Part shown: positions 1 to 8,815 of the stretch, one piece after another
Numbering within the stretch: position 1 is the first letter of the stretch
Layout of the letters: each line of letters begins with the position of its first letter
Source: Candidatus Omnitrophota bacterium
GTDB lineage: Bacteria > Omnitrophota > Gorgyraeia > Zapsychrales > JBAZNR01
Direction of reading: 5' to 3'
Length of the DNA stretch: 64,000 bases
NCBI GenBank assembly: GCA_041649175.1
Contig: JBAZNR010000001.1
Location: 847,497 to 911,496, forward strand
Program-made: the position numbers and the translations under genes
The notes under the pieces: generated by a model
The model's database searches: none
Told to the model about the DNA's origin: nothing
Seen by the model: only the letters and a program-made list of their open reading frames with translations

Positions 1-153
1 CCGAATCTTCCTATTGTCATGATGAGCGGTTATTCGGTCGATGAGAAGCGACGCAAAGCCGAAGAACTGGGAGCGATCGCGTGTTTAAAAAAACCGTTTG
101 AAATGGATGATATTAAAAAGGTAGTGAAGCTAGCGACAGGAAAAGAAATATAA
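1..153 (+). CDS. C-terminal end of a response-regulator receiver-domain protein (5' partial, gene begins upstream of window)
   Basis: Frame-1 translation PNLPIVMMSGY...KPFEMDDIKKVVKLA ends at TAA 151-153. The MMSGY...KPF pattern is the alpha4/beta5 region typical of CheY-like receivers. Confidence 0.55.
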   Translation, partial: PNLPIVMMSGYSVDEKRRKAEELGAIACLKKPFEMDDIKKVVKLATGKEI

Positions 154-179
154 GTTTTAATGAAAAGAAGGTAAATTTT

Positions 180-216
180 GAGCCGCGTTTTTCTAAAGAA
201 AAACGCGGCTCAACTA
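180..216. terminator. Bidirectional rho-independent terminator between convergent genes
   Basis: Perfect 14-bp inverted repeat GAGCCGCGTTTTTC-taaa-GAAAAACGCGGCTC flanked by A/T runs. It lies between the + strand receiver gene and the - strand lpd gene. Confidence 0.55.
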
Positions 217-219
217 TTT

Positions 220-1647
220 TTAAGATGTTTTTGGCGGGCGATACAAATGCGTGCTTTGTCCGAAGAATACCTCGGCTGATTCCATGAATGTTTCTGAGAG
301 TGTAGGATGAGGATGGATGCTTAATTTGATATCACTTGCCAAGGCTCCCATTTCAACGGCTAAGACCCCTTCCGAAATTAATTCTCCGGCGCCAACACCG
401 GCGATTCCGACACCTAAAACATGTTGTGTCTCCGGGTCAAGGATAAGCTTGGTTATTCCTTCCGGCCGGTTGAGCGTTGTGGCTCGTCCGGAAGCACCCC
501 AGGGGAATTTAGTGACTTTAATGGGGCGATTTTGTTTTTGCGCTTCATTTTCAGTGAGTCCGCACCAGGCAATTTCAGGATCTGTAAAAACGACAGCCGG
601 AATGGCTTTAGGTTCAAAAGCAACCTTGTGCCCTAAGATCGCTTCGACCGCTACGCGTCCTTCGTGGGAAGCTTTGTGCGCCAGCATAGGCTCTCCGGCA
701 ACATCTCCAATGGCATAAATGGATGGATCATCGGTTCGGCGTTGGGCATTAATAAGGATGAAGCCCTTTTTATCAATCTTTACTTTTGTATTTTCTAAGC
801 CCAGTCCGCTGGAATTCGGTTTTCGGCCGATAGCAATAAGGACTTTATCGAATTCCTGTTGTGTTTGTTTTTTATCGGACGCTTCAAAAGAAACCTTAAG
901 GCCGTTATTTGCTTCTTCGATTTTTGTGACTTTAGTTTCCAACAAAATATCTTGAAAGACCTTTTGTAAACGTTTTGCCAAGATATTTGTCAGGTCTTTG
1001 TCTCCTCCGGGTAAAAGCCCAGGTGTCATTTCCACAACGGAAACCTTTGTTCCTAAGGCGGCATAAACGGTTCCTAATTCCAGTCCGATGTAGCCTCCGC
1101 CGACCACAAGAAGTGTTTTGGGAATGTCCGCTAATTCTAAGGCGGTTGTTGAATTGAGGATCCTTTTGGAATCCGGCAGGTCCGGCAAAGTGATCGGACG
1201 TGAACCTGTCGCTAGGATCGCGTGATCGAATGTCAGATTTTCTTGCGCGCCATTGGCACGGTCTATTTTAAGTGTTTTTGAGTCCACAAATGTCGCGCGG
1301 CCCTGAATGTAATTTATTTTTCGCAGTTTGCATAGCTGTCCTAAATTGCTAGTCATCTTTGAGATCATGTTTTGCTTCCAGTCGCGTATCTTTGAGGCGC
1401 TGATCGTTGGTTCGGAAAATTCAACGCCGCAGTTCTTTAATTCCCGTGCTTCGTCAAGGACTTTAGCGATATGCAAGAAAGCTTTTGAGGGAATACAGCC
1501 GCGATAAAGGCATACTCCGCCCGGATTAGATTCGGCGTCAATTAACGTGACCTCTACGCCCAGATCGGCCGCTAAAAATGCCGCGACATAACCGCCCGGC
1601 CCGGCGCCGATGACTACTAATTTTGTATGTTTGGAAATTTCGGGCAT
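220..1647 (-). CDS. lpd: Dihydrolipoyl dehydrogenase (E3 of the pyruvate dehydrogenase complex)
   Basis: 475 aa. N-terminal FAD motif VIGAGPGGY, redox-active disulfide motif GGVCLYRGCIPSK, C-terminal HPHPTLSE interface motif. Lies 5 nt downstream of the E2 gene. Confidence 0.93.
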   Translation of the reverse strand: MPEISKHTKLVVIGAGPGGYVAAFLAADLGVEVTLIDAESNPGGVCLYRGCIPSKAFLHIAKVLDEARELKNCGVEFSEPTISASKIRDWKQNMISKMTSNLGQLCKLRKINYIQGRATFVDSKTLKIDRANGAQENLTFDHAILATGSRPITLPDLPDSKRILNSTTALELADIPKTLLVVGGGYIGLELGTVYAALGTKVSVVEMTPGLLPGGDKDLTNILAKRLQKVFQDILLETKVTKIEEANNGLKVSFEASDKKQTQQEFDKVLIAIGRKPNSSGLGLENTKVKIDKKGFILINAQRRTDDPSIYAIGDVAGEPMLAHKASHEGRVAVEAILGHKVAFEPKAIPAVVFTDPEIAWCGLTENEAQKQNRPIKVTKFPWGASGRATTLNRPEGITKLILDPETQHVLGVGIAGVGAGELISEGVLAVEMGALASDIKLSIHPHPTLSETFMESAEVFFGQSTHLYRPPKTS

Positions 1648-1652
1648 ATTTT

Positions 1653-2957
1653 TTATTCCTCTAATTGCATCATAAGGGGTTGTTCGATGGCTTCAACGAT
1701 GAACCGTAAAAACCGCGCGCCGTCAGCTCCGTCAATGACGCGGTGATCATAAGACAAAGATAACGGAAGCATCAGCCGTGGCGCGCAAACAGCGCCGCTG
1801 GCATAACAAGGTTCCAAAGCGGCGCGGGAAATGCCTAAGATCGCGACCTCCGGCGAATTAACGATCGGCGTAAAATATGTTCCGCCGATACTTCCTAAAT
1901 TGGTGATGGTGAACGTTCCGCCTTGCATTTCTTCGATGGAAGTTTTCTTATTGCGGGCACGCTCGGCCATTTGCGTTAATTCAATAGATATCTCAATGAG
2001 GCTTTTCTTATCGATATCACGGATCACCGGTACTAAAAGCCCGCGGTCTGTATCAACGGCAATGCCGACGGAATAATATTTTTTCTGAATGATCTCGTTG
2101 CGTGCCATATCAATGCTGGAATTAAACTTCGGAAATGTTTTAAGGGCCGAGGCAATGACTTTTAGAATAAAAGGCGTGATGGTTAATTTTCCGCCCTTTT
2201 CCTCGACTTTTTTAGCGTAGCGTTTACGCAAAGATTCCAGATCCGTAATATCCGCTTTATCGAATTGCGTGACATGAGGAATAGTGCGCCAGGCATAGCT
2301 TAAATGTTCGGCGGCTTTGCGGCGCAGCATGCTGGTGGAAACTCGCTCGACAGATCCCCATTTAGAAAAATCAGGCAAGCTGACGGATTCAATTCCGGGG
2401 CCGCTTTGCAATTCTGTATTGATCCGCTTGGAAAACGCTTTGACATCATCCAGTGAAATGCGTCCGCCGGGCCCGCTTCCGGGAACGCGGGCAATATCAA
2501 TGCCGATCTCCCGGGCAAATCGGCGTACGGATGGGGCAGCCGCGACATCTTTAGGTTTTTCAGTTGCTGGCTCTACCTTGTGAGCGGATGGCTGAGGTGT
2601 TGATATCTTTTCTTCGCGAGCAGCAAGAAAAGGCTCAGGAATTTTTACGGTTTCTTTTTTTGCTTCCGAAACAGGGGCTGCTGTTTTAACCGGAGCAGGA
2701 GATTCTTTTAAGGCAGCTGCGCCGGCTTCAATTTTCAAAATCAACTGGCCGATCTTAACTTCCTGTCCTTGTTTAACAAGGATCTCTTTAACGACTCCGC
2801 CAATGGAAGCCGGGATTTCTAAAACCGCTTTATCAGTTTCTAATTCCAAAACAGGCTGATCGGCACCAATGGAGTCGCCGACTTTGACCATGATTTTGGT
2901 GGCAATGCCGGATTTAATGTTTTCGCCTAAGCCGGGAAGTTTGAATTCGGTTAACAC
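1653..2957 (-). CDS. aceF: Dihydrolipoamide acetyltransferase (E2 of the pyruvate dehydrogenase complex)
   Basis: 434 aa. N-terminal lipoyl domain with lipoyl-lysine motif ETDKAVLEIPA, Ala/Pro-rich linker, catalytic domain with DHRVIDGA active-site motif. Confidence 0.9.
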   Translation of the reverse strand: MLTEFKLPGLGENIKSGIATKIMVKVGDSIGADQPVLELETDKAVLEIPASIGGVVKEILVKQGQEVKIGQLILKIEAGAAALKESPAPVKTAAPVSEAKKETVKIPEPFLAAREEKISTPQPSAHKVEPATEKPKDVAAAPSVRRFAREIGIDIARVPGSGPGGRISLDDVKAFSKRINTELQSGPGIESVSLPDFSKWGSVERVSTSMLRRKAAEHLSYAWRTIPHVTQFDKADITDLESLRKRYAKKVEEKGGKLTITPFILKVIASALKTFPKFNSSIDMARNEIIQKKYYSVGIAVDTDRGLLVPVIRDIDKKSLIEISIELTQMAERARNKKTSIEEMQGGTFTITNLGSIGGTYFTPIVNSPEVAILGISRAALEPCYASGAVCAPRLMLPLSLSYDHRVIDGADGARFLRFIVEAIEQPLMMQLEE

Positions 2958-2972
2958 GCCAAGATCCTTTCT

Positions 2973-5657
2973 TTATGCCGTATGCGGATTAAGTTTCTCG
3001 GGATCGATCTTCATATCTTTGATAGCTTTTTCAATGATGTCGGATTTGATCAGCTTTTCTTTGGCTAAACCAACCAGGGTTGCCAAAACGATATAGCGGG
3101 CATCAACTTCAAAGAAGTCGCGTAAAGATTTTCGGCTTTCACTGCGGCCAAATCCGTCGGTCCCAAGCGCTAAGAATTGCCCGGGGATCCATCGCGCGAT
3201 CGCGTTGGGAAGCGCTTTTAAATAATCAGATGCCGCCACAAAAACTCCGGTTTCTTTAGAAAGGCACTGTGCGATATAGGAAGTTCTTTGTTTCTCTTGA
3301 GGATGAAGCATGTTCCAACGTTCTGTCTCAACGGCATCTTGATGGAGTTCTTTATAGCTTGTGACGCTCCAAACATTAGCCGAGACGTTGTATTGTTCTT
3401 CCAAAATAACCTGAGCTTTAATAACCTCGTTCATAATAGCGCCGCTGCCAAAAAGATTAGCGTGTAATTTTCCGCTCTTCTTCTGGGACGATTTAAATTG
3501 ATACATTCCTTTCAAAATGCCTTCTTTAATACCGTCTCCTTGCGGCATAGCCGGCATGGAATAATTTTCGTTTCCGACGGTTAAGTAATAGAAAATATCT
3601 TCTTGATTTTCATACATGCGCCGGATCCCGTCGCGGATAATGACAGCTAATTCATACGCGAAAGCCGGATCGTAAGCTTTGAGATTTGGGATAACCAGAG
3701 CCGTTAAATGGCTATGGCCGTCTTGATGTTGAAGCCCTTCGCCGGCCAAAGTGGTGCGTCCGGCGGTCGCTCCGATTAAAAATCCTCGGCAACGCAGATC
3801 GCCCGCCGCCCAGAACAAGTCTCCCACGCGCTGATAACCGAACATGGAATAGTAGGCAAAAAACGGGATCGTGTTGATGCCATGCGTCGAGTAAGAGGTT
3901 CCCGCGGCGATAAACGAGGAAATAGCGCCCGCTTCCGTAATGCCTTCTTCCAAGATTTGGCCGTTTTTTGCCTCTTTGTAATAAATAAAACTATCGGCAT
4001 CAACCGGTTCATAAAGCTGTCCGACGTGAGAATAGATTCCGCATTGACGAAAGAGGGCTTCCATCCCGAATGTTCTGGCTTCATCGGGAATGATGGGAAC
4101 GATGAATTTTCCAATATTTTCATCGCGCAATAATTTGGTTAAAATGCGCACATAAACCATGGTGGTGGACACCTCGCGTCCCTCGGTGCCCTTATAAAAT
4201 TCTTCAAAAGTTTCTTCGGGCGGCGTTTGAATGGGCGTACTTTTTGCTCTTCGCGAGGGAAGATATCCGCCGAGTTTTTGACGGCATTCGTGAAGGTATT
4301 TCATTTCCGCCGAATCCTCCGCCGGTTTATAGAACGGCGCTTGAGCGACTTCATCATCCGAAATAGGGATACCGAACCGCGCTCTAAATTCGCGCAGTTC
4401 ATCTTCGTTCATTTTCTTTTGTTGATGAGTGATATTTTTACCTTCGCCGCTTTCGCCAAGCCCGTAACCCTTGATGGTTTTGGCGATGATAACGGTTGGT
4501 GAACCGCGATGGTCAATGGCGGCTTTAAAAGCGGCGTAGACTTTTTCGGGGTCGTGGCCGCCGCGTTTCATTCTTCGAATTTGTTCATCGGATAAACCTT
4601 TAACCAGCTCCAATAATCGTGGGTCTTTGCCGAAGAAATGCTCGCGGATGTATTTCCCGCTTTCAACGACATATTTTTGATATTGGCCGTCCACAACCTC
4701 ACCCATGCGTTTAACCAATAATCCTTCTGAATCTTTTGCTAAAAGCGGGTCCCAGTCATTGCCCCAGACAACTTTGATAACATTCCATCCGGCGCCGCGA
4801 AAGGCAGCTTCCAGTTCCTGGATAATTTTTCCGTTGCCGCGTACCGGTCCGTCAAGTCGCTGTAAGTTACAGTTGACAACAAAGACAAGATTGTCTAATT
4901 TTTCTCGGGAGGCCATGGTGAGGGCGCCTAATGATTCCGGTTCGTCAGATTCACCGTCACCCATAAAAACCCAAACTTTTGCATCCGAACGTGATTTCAA
5001 TCCGCGGTCTTCCAAGTAACGGTTAAATCGCGCTTGGTAAATGGACATAATAGGCCCCAGGCCCATGGAAACGGTTGGAAATTGCCAGAAATCAGGCATC
5101 AGCCACGGATGCGGATAAGAACATAATCCGCCGCCTGGCTTTAATTCCCGTCGGAAATTCTCTAATTGTTCGGCGCTTAGGCGTCCTTCTAGAAAGGCAC
5201 GGGCATAGATCCCGGGAGACGCATGCCCTTGAAAATAGACCAAATCGCCTTCTTGATTCTCGTTTCTTCCGCGGAAAAAATGATTAAATCCGATCTCAAA
5301 AAGGGTAGCCGCCGAAGCGTAGGTGGAAATATGCCCGCCAATACCGTTTTCAACACGGTTGGCCCGCACGACCATGGCCATGGCATTCCAACGGACAATA
5401 CTTTTGATGCGGCGTTCAATATCTCTATTGCCTGGGAAAGGAGGCTGTTTTTCAGCCGGAATGGTGTTGATATAGGGTGTGTTAACGCCAAAAGGGACCT
5501 GAATTCCGGCTTGTTGGGCGCGAATTTTTAACTGTTGTAGAATGTATTGAGCTTTTTGGGGCGGCTCATGCTCCAAAAGGTAATCTAAGGAGCTAAGCCA
5601 TTCTTTGATCTCAACATCATCTATACTGTGGTAATCGTGATTTACCGCATCATCCAT
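2973..5657 (-). CDS. aceE: Pyruvate dehydrogenase E1 component, homodimeric AceE type
   Basis: About 894 aa, the length and composition of a single-chain E1 (thiamine diphosphate binding region, transketolase-like domains). The track ORF extends to 5774, but the ATG at 5655-5657 (MDDAVNHDY...) is preceded by AAAGAGGAAA 7 nt upstream. Alternative starts are 5690 or 5774. Confidence 0.88.
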   Translation of the reverse strand: MDDAVNHDYHSIDDVEIKEWLSSLDYLLEHEPPQKAQYILQQLKIRAQQAGIQVPFGVNTPYINTIPAEKQPPFPGNRDIERRIKSIVRWNAMAMVVRANRVENGIGGHISTYASAATLFEIGFNHFFRGRNENQEGDLVYFQGHASPGIYARAFLEGRLSAEQLENFRRELKPGGGLCSYPHPWLMPDFWQFPTVSMGLGPIMSIYQARFNRYLEDRGLKSRSDAKVWVFMGDGESDEPESLGALTMASREKLDNLVFVVNCNLQRLDGPVRGNGKIIQELEAAFRGAGWNVIKVVWGNDWDPLLAKDSEGLLVKRMGEVVDGQYQKYVVESGKYIREHFFGKDPRLLELVKGLSDEQIRRMKRGGHDPEKVYAAFKAAIDHRGSPTVIIAKTIKGYGLGESGEGKNITHQQKKMNEDELREFRARFGIPISDDEVAQAPFYKPAEDSAEMKYLHECRQKLGGYLPSRRAKSTPIQTPPEETFEEFYKGTEGREVSTTMVYVRILTKLLRDENIGKFIVPIIPDEARTFGMEALFRQCGIYSHVGQLYEPVDADSFIYYKEAKNGQILEEGITEAGAISSFIAAGTSYSTHGINTIPFFAYYSMFGYQRVGDLFWAAGDLRCRGFLIGATAGRTTLAGEGLQHQDGHSHLTALVIPNLKAYDPAFAYELAVIIRDGIRRMYENQEDIFYYLTVGNENYSMPAMPQGDGIKEGILKGMYQFKSSQKKSGKLHANLFGSGAIMNEVIKAQVILEEQYNVSANVWSVTSYKELHQDAVETERWNMLHPQEKQRTSYIAQCLSKETGVFVAASDYLKALPNAIARWIPGQFLALGTDGFGRSESRKSLRDFFEVDARYIVLATLVGLAKEKLIKSDIIEKAIKDMKIDPEKLNPHTA

Positions 5658-5996
5658 CTTGATTTCCTCTTTATTGGTTGAAAAAGACATCGGGTAATTT
5701 CGGGACCTTCCATGACAGGGAGAAGACAAGGTCAAAAGCAGGGTTATTGTATTATGGAATTTCTGTTCGTGCAAGGATAATTTGGTTAAAAAGAGCCTTA
5801 CTTAAAGTGCTTTTTGAGTTCTTGGCAGAAAATTTGGAAGAACAAAGTCAAATATTGCCTTTCTCCCATTGGTTTTAAGGCCGTCATAAGCTATGCGTAA
5901 GTCAATAAAGAGGTTTTTTAAGTTGAACGAAACCCATAAGTTAACTAAAATGATAAACAATATATAGGAAACGTTCAAAGAAAACGGGTCTATCGC

Positions 5997-6707
5997 ATGC
6001 GAGCTATTGTTGTTATTCCTACTTACAATGAAAAAGGCAATATTGATCGCCTTATCGGTGATATTTTGCTTGCGGATCCCTTGATCTGCGTTGTCATTGT
6101 CGATGATTCTTCTCCGGACGGAACCGGGCAAATAGTAGAAAACTTACGCAAAGGTAACTCCAGGGTTCACTTGATCACAAGGCCGCAGAAATCCGGCCGA
6201 GCAAAATCTGACTTAGAAGGTTATCGATATGCTTTAGACCGTGGATTTGATGTTATTTTCTCAATGGATGCCGATTTTTCTCACCAGCCGAAGGATATCC
6301 CTAGGTTTTTGGAAAAAATAAAAAGTTCTGATATTGTTATCGGGTCCAGGCTTATAGCTGGAGGCCAGATCCAGGGACGAGGTTTTTTAAGAAATATCTT
6401 AACTCGATTGGCCAATTTCTATGTTCGGATATTTTTAGGATTTGAAATTCATGATTGGACATCCGGATTTCGATGTTATCGGCGCGAGGTTTTAGCAGCG
6501 CTTCCTTTGGATAAAATGATCTCGCGGGGGCCATCACTTTTAGAAGAGATCCTATTTTTATGCCGCCAAAAAGGCGCCAAGGCCGTTGAAATCCCCGTTG
6601 TTTTTGTTGACCGCGAACAAGGAATATCAAAATTAAAATTAGAAGAGCTCATCGAAGTCTTTGGATTAGTTCTAACATTAAGGTTTAGAAAATGCCTAAC
6701 TTCTTAG
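5997..6707 (+). CDS. GT2-family polyprenyl-phosphate sugar synthase (Dpm1 / polyprenol-phosphate mannosyltransferase-like), no C-terminal TM
   Basis: 236 aa; AIVVIPTYNEKGNI ... DDSSPDGTG ... DADFSH motifs of GT-A dolichol-phosphate-mannose synthase-like enzymes. The stop overlaps the start of the next gene. Confidence 0.8.
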   Translation: MRAIVVIPTYNEKGNIDRLIGDILLADPLICVVIVDDSSPDGTGQIVENLRKGNSRVHLITRPQKSGRAKSDLEGYRYALDRGFDVIFSMDADFSHQPKDIPRFLEKIKSSDIVIGSRLIAGGQIQGRGFLRNILTRLANFYVRIFLGFEIHDWTSGFRCYRREVLAALPLDKMISRGPSLLEEILFLCRQKGAKAVEIPVVFVDREQGISKLKLEELIEVFGLVLTLRFRKCLTS

Positions 6708-8461
6708 GAAGCCTTTTTCCAAATAAAACATCCCGGCATGTGGTTATTCTTATCGCGCTTATCGTCGCTGTTTATGCCAATTCTTTAGGCAATGGCTTTG
6801 TTTGGGACGACTTTTTAGTGATCGCCGGAAATAATTTTGTCAAATCTTGGAGCAATTTTCCTCTGATTTTTAGCCGCGATTATTTAACTTCGCCGGATGA
6901 GGTTTCGTATTTGGGCCAATGTTTTTCAGGAGCGGGGGAAGCGACGTATCGGCCGGTCGTGACCATTTCTTATTTTGTGGATTATTTTCTTTTTGGGCGA
7001 AATCCGTTCGGATATCATTTGGTGAATTTGCTTTTTCATATTTTTAATAGCGTGCTGGCCTATTTCTTGGCGAGAATGATCTTAAAAGACGCGCGCGGCG
7101 CATTCTTTGCGGCTTTATTTTTTGGGCTGCATCCGATCCAGACGGAGGCGGTTAATAATATTTCTTTCCGGGAAGATCTGTTCGTTTTCTTTTTTGGCAT
7201 CTCGGCTTTTATTTTGTTCATAAAAGCTAAAGCGTGTTCTTTGGATCGAAAAAGGTTAATGCTTTTGTTTTCCAACCTATTATTTTTCTTAGCGCTTTTT
7301 TCTAAAGAAATGGCTGTTACTTTTCCTATTTTATTTTTACTTTATGACTATTGTTTCTGCCGCGAAGAGATAAAAGGCGGTTTTTGGAGGCACATCAAGT
7401 CTTATTACTTGGCTTATGGAGTGGTGCTGCTTTTCTTTCTATGGATATGGGCTTTTGTGATGCCTTCAGAAAATAAGCCGCTCATATATTTTGGGCAAAC
7501 GGCATGGAGTAATTTCTTAACGATGGCAAAGGTTTTCGGGATTTATGTCTTTTGGATGTTTATTCCGGTCAATATTCACGGAACAGTTCCGGATTTTTCT
7601 ATCGCAGAATTTTCTTTATGGTCCATTGAAGTTATTGCGGCGATAATGGCCTTACTATTCTTGATGTATTGTGTTGCAAGATTCTGGCAAAGGCATAGAG
7701 TTGTTTCATTCGGCATTCTCTGGTTTTTCATAGCATTGTTTCCGGTTGCTAATATATTTCCAATCCAGAATATTATCGCTTGCCGGTATCTTTATTTTCC
7801 GTCTTTTGGGTTTTTCCTTATCTTCGCTTATGGTTTACGGCAGTTAACTTCTCTGAAAGTAAGATACATCACTGTTGGCTTCCCGCGGCGAATCGAAATT
7901 CTTATTCTTGTGGGCGTAATGATAGTTTACGGGATAGTGACTCCTTTAAGAAATTCGGCCTGGCGTAACAACGATACGTTTTATGAGGACATTTATTCTT
8001 ATTATCCTCAAAAAGAATGGATCCATCGAAGCCTGGCTGGTTCTTTTATCAGAAAAGGGATGATAGAAGAAGCTATCTTGGAATTTAAGATCGCAGGAAT
8101 ATTAGATCCCAAGAATAGCGAAACTTCAGGTTTCCTGGCGCGGCTATATTTGCGACAAGGGAAGATCAATGAAGCTATTCATGAACTTAGGAAAACCATT
8201 GCTTTGGATGAAAGCAATGTTTTTGCCCGTAACGCATTGTGCGGCTTGCATGGGGCGGAAGGTGATTGTCGGAAAGCAATAGCATGCTTTGAGGATTTGA
8301 TCGTAAAAAGCCCGGAATTTCTAGATGGGCATTATAATTTAGGGATCGCCTATCAACATTGCGGGGAAGATCAAAAGGCGAAAAAGGCTTTTGAAGAATT
8401 GCTGCGCCGCGATCCCAAATATCCAAACATTTGGCAGAAATTACGCGAACTAGAACACTAG
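6692..8461 (+). CDS. Polytopic membrane glycosyltransferase (TMTC/PMT_2-like, DUF1736) with C-terminal TPR repeats
   Basis: 589 aa; N-terminal about 400-aa multi-TM region carrying the family signature ...YANSLGNGFVWDD...; C-terminal about 170 aa of TPR-like repeats. Overlaps the GT2 gene by 16 nt, indicating translational coupling. Confidence 0.7.
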   Translation: MPNFLGSLFPNKTSRHVVILIALIVAVYANSLGNGFVWDDFLVIAGNNFVKSWSNFPLIFSRDYLTSPDEVSYLGQCFSGAGEATYRPVVTISYFVDYFLFGRNPFGYHLVNLLFHIFNSVLAYFLARMILKDARGAFFAALFFGLHPIQTEAVNNISFREDLFVFFFGISAFILFIKAKACSLDRKRLMLLFSNLLFFLALFSKEMAVTFPILFLLYDYCFCREEIKGGFWRHIKSYYLAYGVVLLFFLWIWAFVMPSENKPLIYFGQTAWSNFLTMAKVFGIYVFWMFIPVNIHGTVPDFSIAEFSLWSIEVIAAIMALLFLMYCVARFWQRHRVVSFGILWFFIALFPVANIFPIQNIIACRYLYFPSFGFFLIFAYGLRQLTSLKVRYITVGFPRRIEILILVGVMIVYGIVTPLRNSAWRNNDTFYEDIYSYYPQKEWIHRSLAGSFIRKGMIEEAILEFKIAGILDPKNSETSGFLARLYLRQGKINEAIHELRKTIALDESNVFARNALCGLHGAEGDCRKAIACFEDLIVKSPEFLDGHYNLGIAYQHCGEDQKAKKAFEELLRRDPKYPNIWQKLRELEH

Positions 8462-8475
8462 CTTTTTGGAAGGGT

Positions 8476-8504
8476 TTGACAGTCAAATCGTTTGTGGCTA
8501 TACT
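8476..8504 (+). promoter_or_regulatory. Consensus sigma70-type promoter: TTGACA-17 bp-TATACT
   Basis: Perfect -35 hexamer TTGACA at 8476-8481, 17-bp spacer, TATACT at 8499-8504. It lies directly downstream of the TPR-GT stop and upstream of the hairpin array and tRNA-Leu. Confidence 0.5.
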
Positions 8505-8688
8505 GGTGGCGCTGTAAATTTATAAGTTGCGCCACGCCTTGGTGGGGCGCTGTAAATTTATAAGTTGCGCCACGCCTTGGTGGGGCGCTGCAGAGTTTTC
8601 GCGCCCTCTGTCGAGGGCGCTTGAATCTTTCTCAGGGTAGCATGCAAATGTTTTGCGCCCCTACCGGGGCGCTCGAACCTTTTCTTAG
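8504..8688 (+). repeat. Tandem about 38-bp direct repeats (2.4 copies) continuing into four GC-rich stem-loops of the form (T)TGCGCC-loop-GGCGC(T)
   Basis: The unit TGGTGG(GG)CGCTGTAAATTTATAAGTTGCGCCACGCCT is repeated at 8504-8540 and 8541-8578, with a partial third copy. Two further hairpins, GCGCCCTCTGTCGAGGGCGC (about 8600-8620) and GCGCCCCTACCGGGGCGC (about 8655-8672), share the stem but differ in the loop. Each is followed by a U-rich tract. Confidence 0.6.
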
Positions 8689-8710
8689 AAAAATATTAGG
8701 GTAGGTTTTT

Positions 8711-8795
8711 GCGGAAGTGGCGGAATTGGTATACGCGTACGTCTCAGAAGCGTATGGGGAAACCCGTGAGAGTTCAAGTCTCTCCTTCCGCACCA
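8711..8795 (+). tRNA. tRNA-Leu (anticodon CAG), type II with long variable arm, CCA encoded
   Basis: Acceptor stem GCGGAAG/CTTCCGC; anticodon stem TACGT/GCGTA with loop CTCAGAA, giving anticodon CAG; variable arm TGGGGAAACCCGTGA; T-arm GAGAG-TTCAAGT-CTCTC; 3' ACCA. Confidence 0.9.
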
Positions 8796-8815
8796 ATTTT
8801 ATCGGTAATACCATT

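Noticed and set aside
317-1157. Several 60-133-aa plus-strand ORFs inside lpd
   Set aside because: Antisense to a high-confidence conserved gene, with low-complexity or Ala/Pro/Ser-rich translations typical of GC-skewed antisense frames.
5658-5774. 39-codon N-terminal extension of AceE (MHEQKFHNTITLLLTLSSPCHGRSRNYPMSFSTNKEEIK)
   Set aside because: Not AceE-like and has no Shine-Dalgarno sequence. The internal ATG at 5657 has a strong AAAGAGGAAA Shine-Dalgarno sequence and the downstream sequence matches the AceE N-terminal region.
8504-8690. Possible CRISPR array (regularly spaced GC-rich palindromes)
   Set aside because: Only two exact direct repeats. The spacers are not unique sequences of uniform length. 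The conserved part is the stem while the loops vary, the opposite of CRISPR. No cas genes nearby. Lies in a promoter-to-tRNA leader.
8717-8815. N-terminal extension of the 352-aa ORF (MAELVYAYVSEAYGETRESSSLSF...)
   Set aside because: Overlaps tRNA-Leu almost exactly and its translation is just the tRNA read as protein. The CDS was trimmed to the first ATG after the tRNA.
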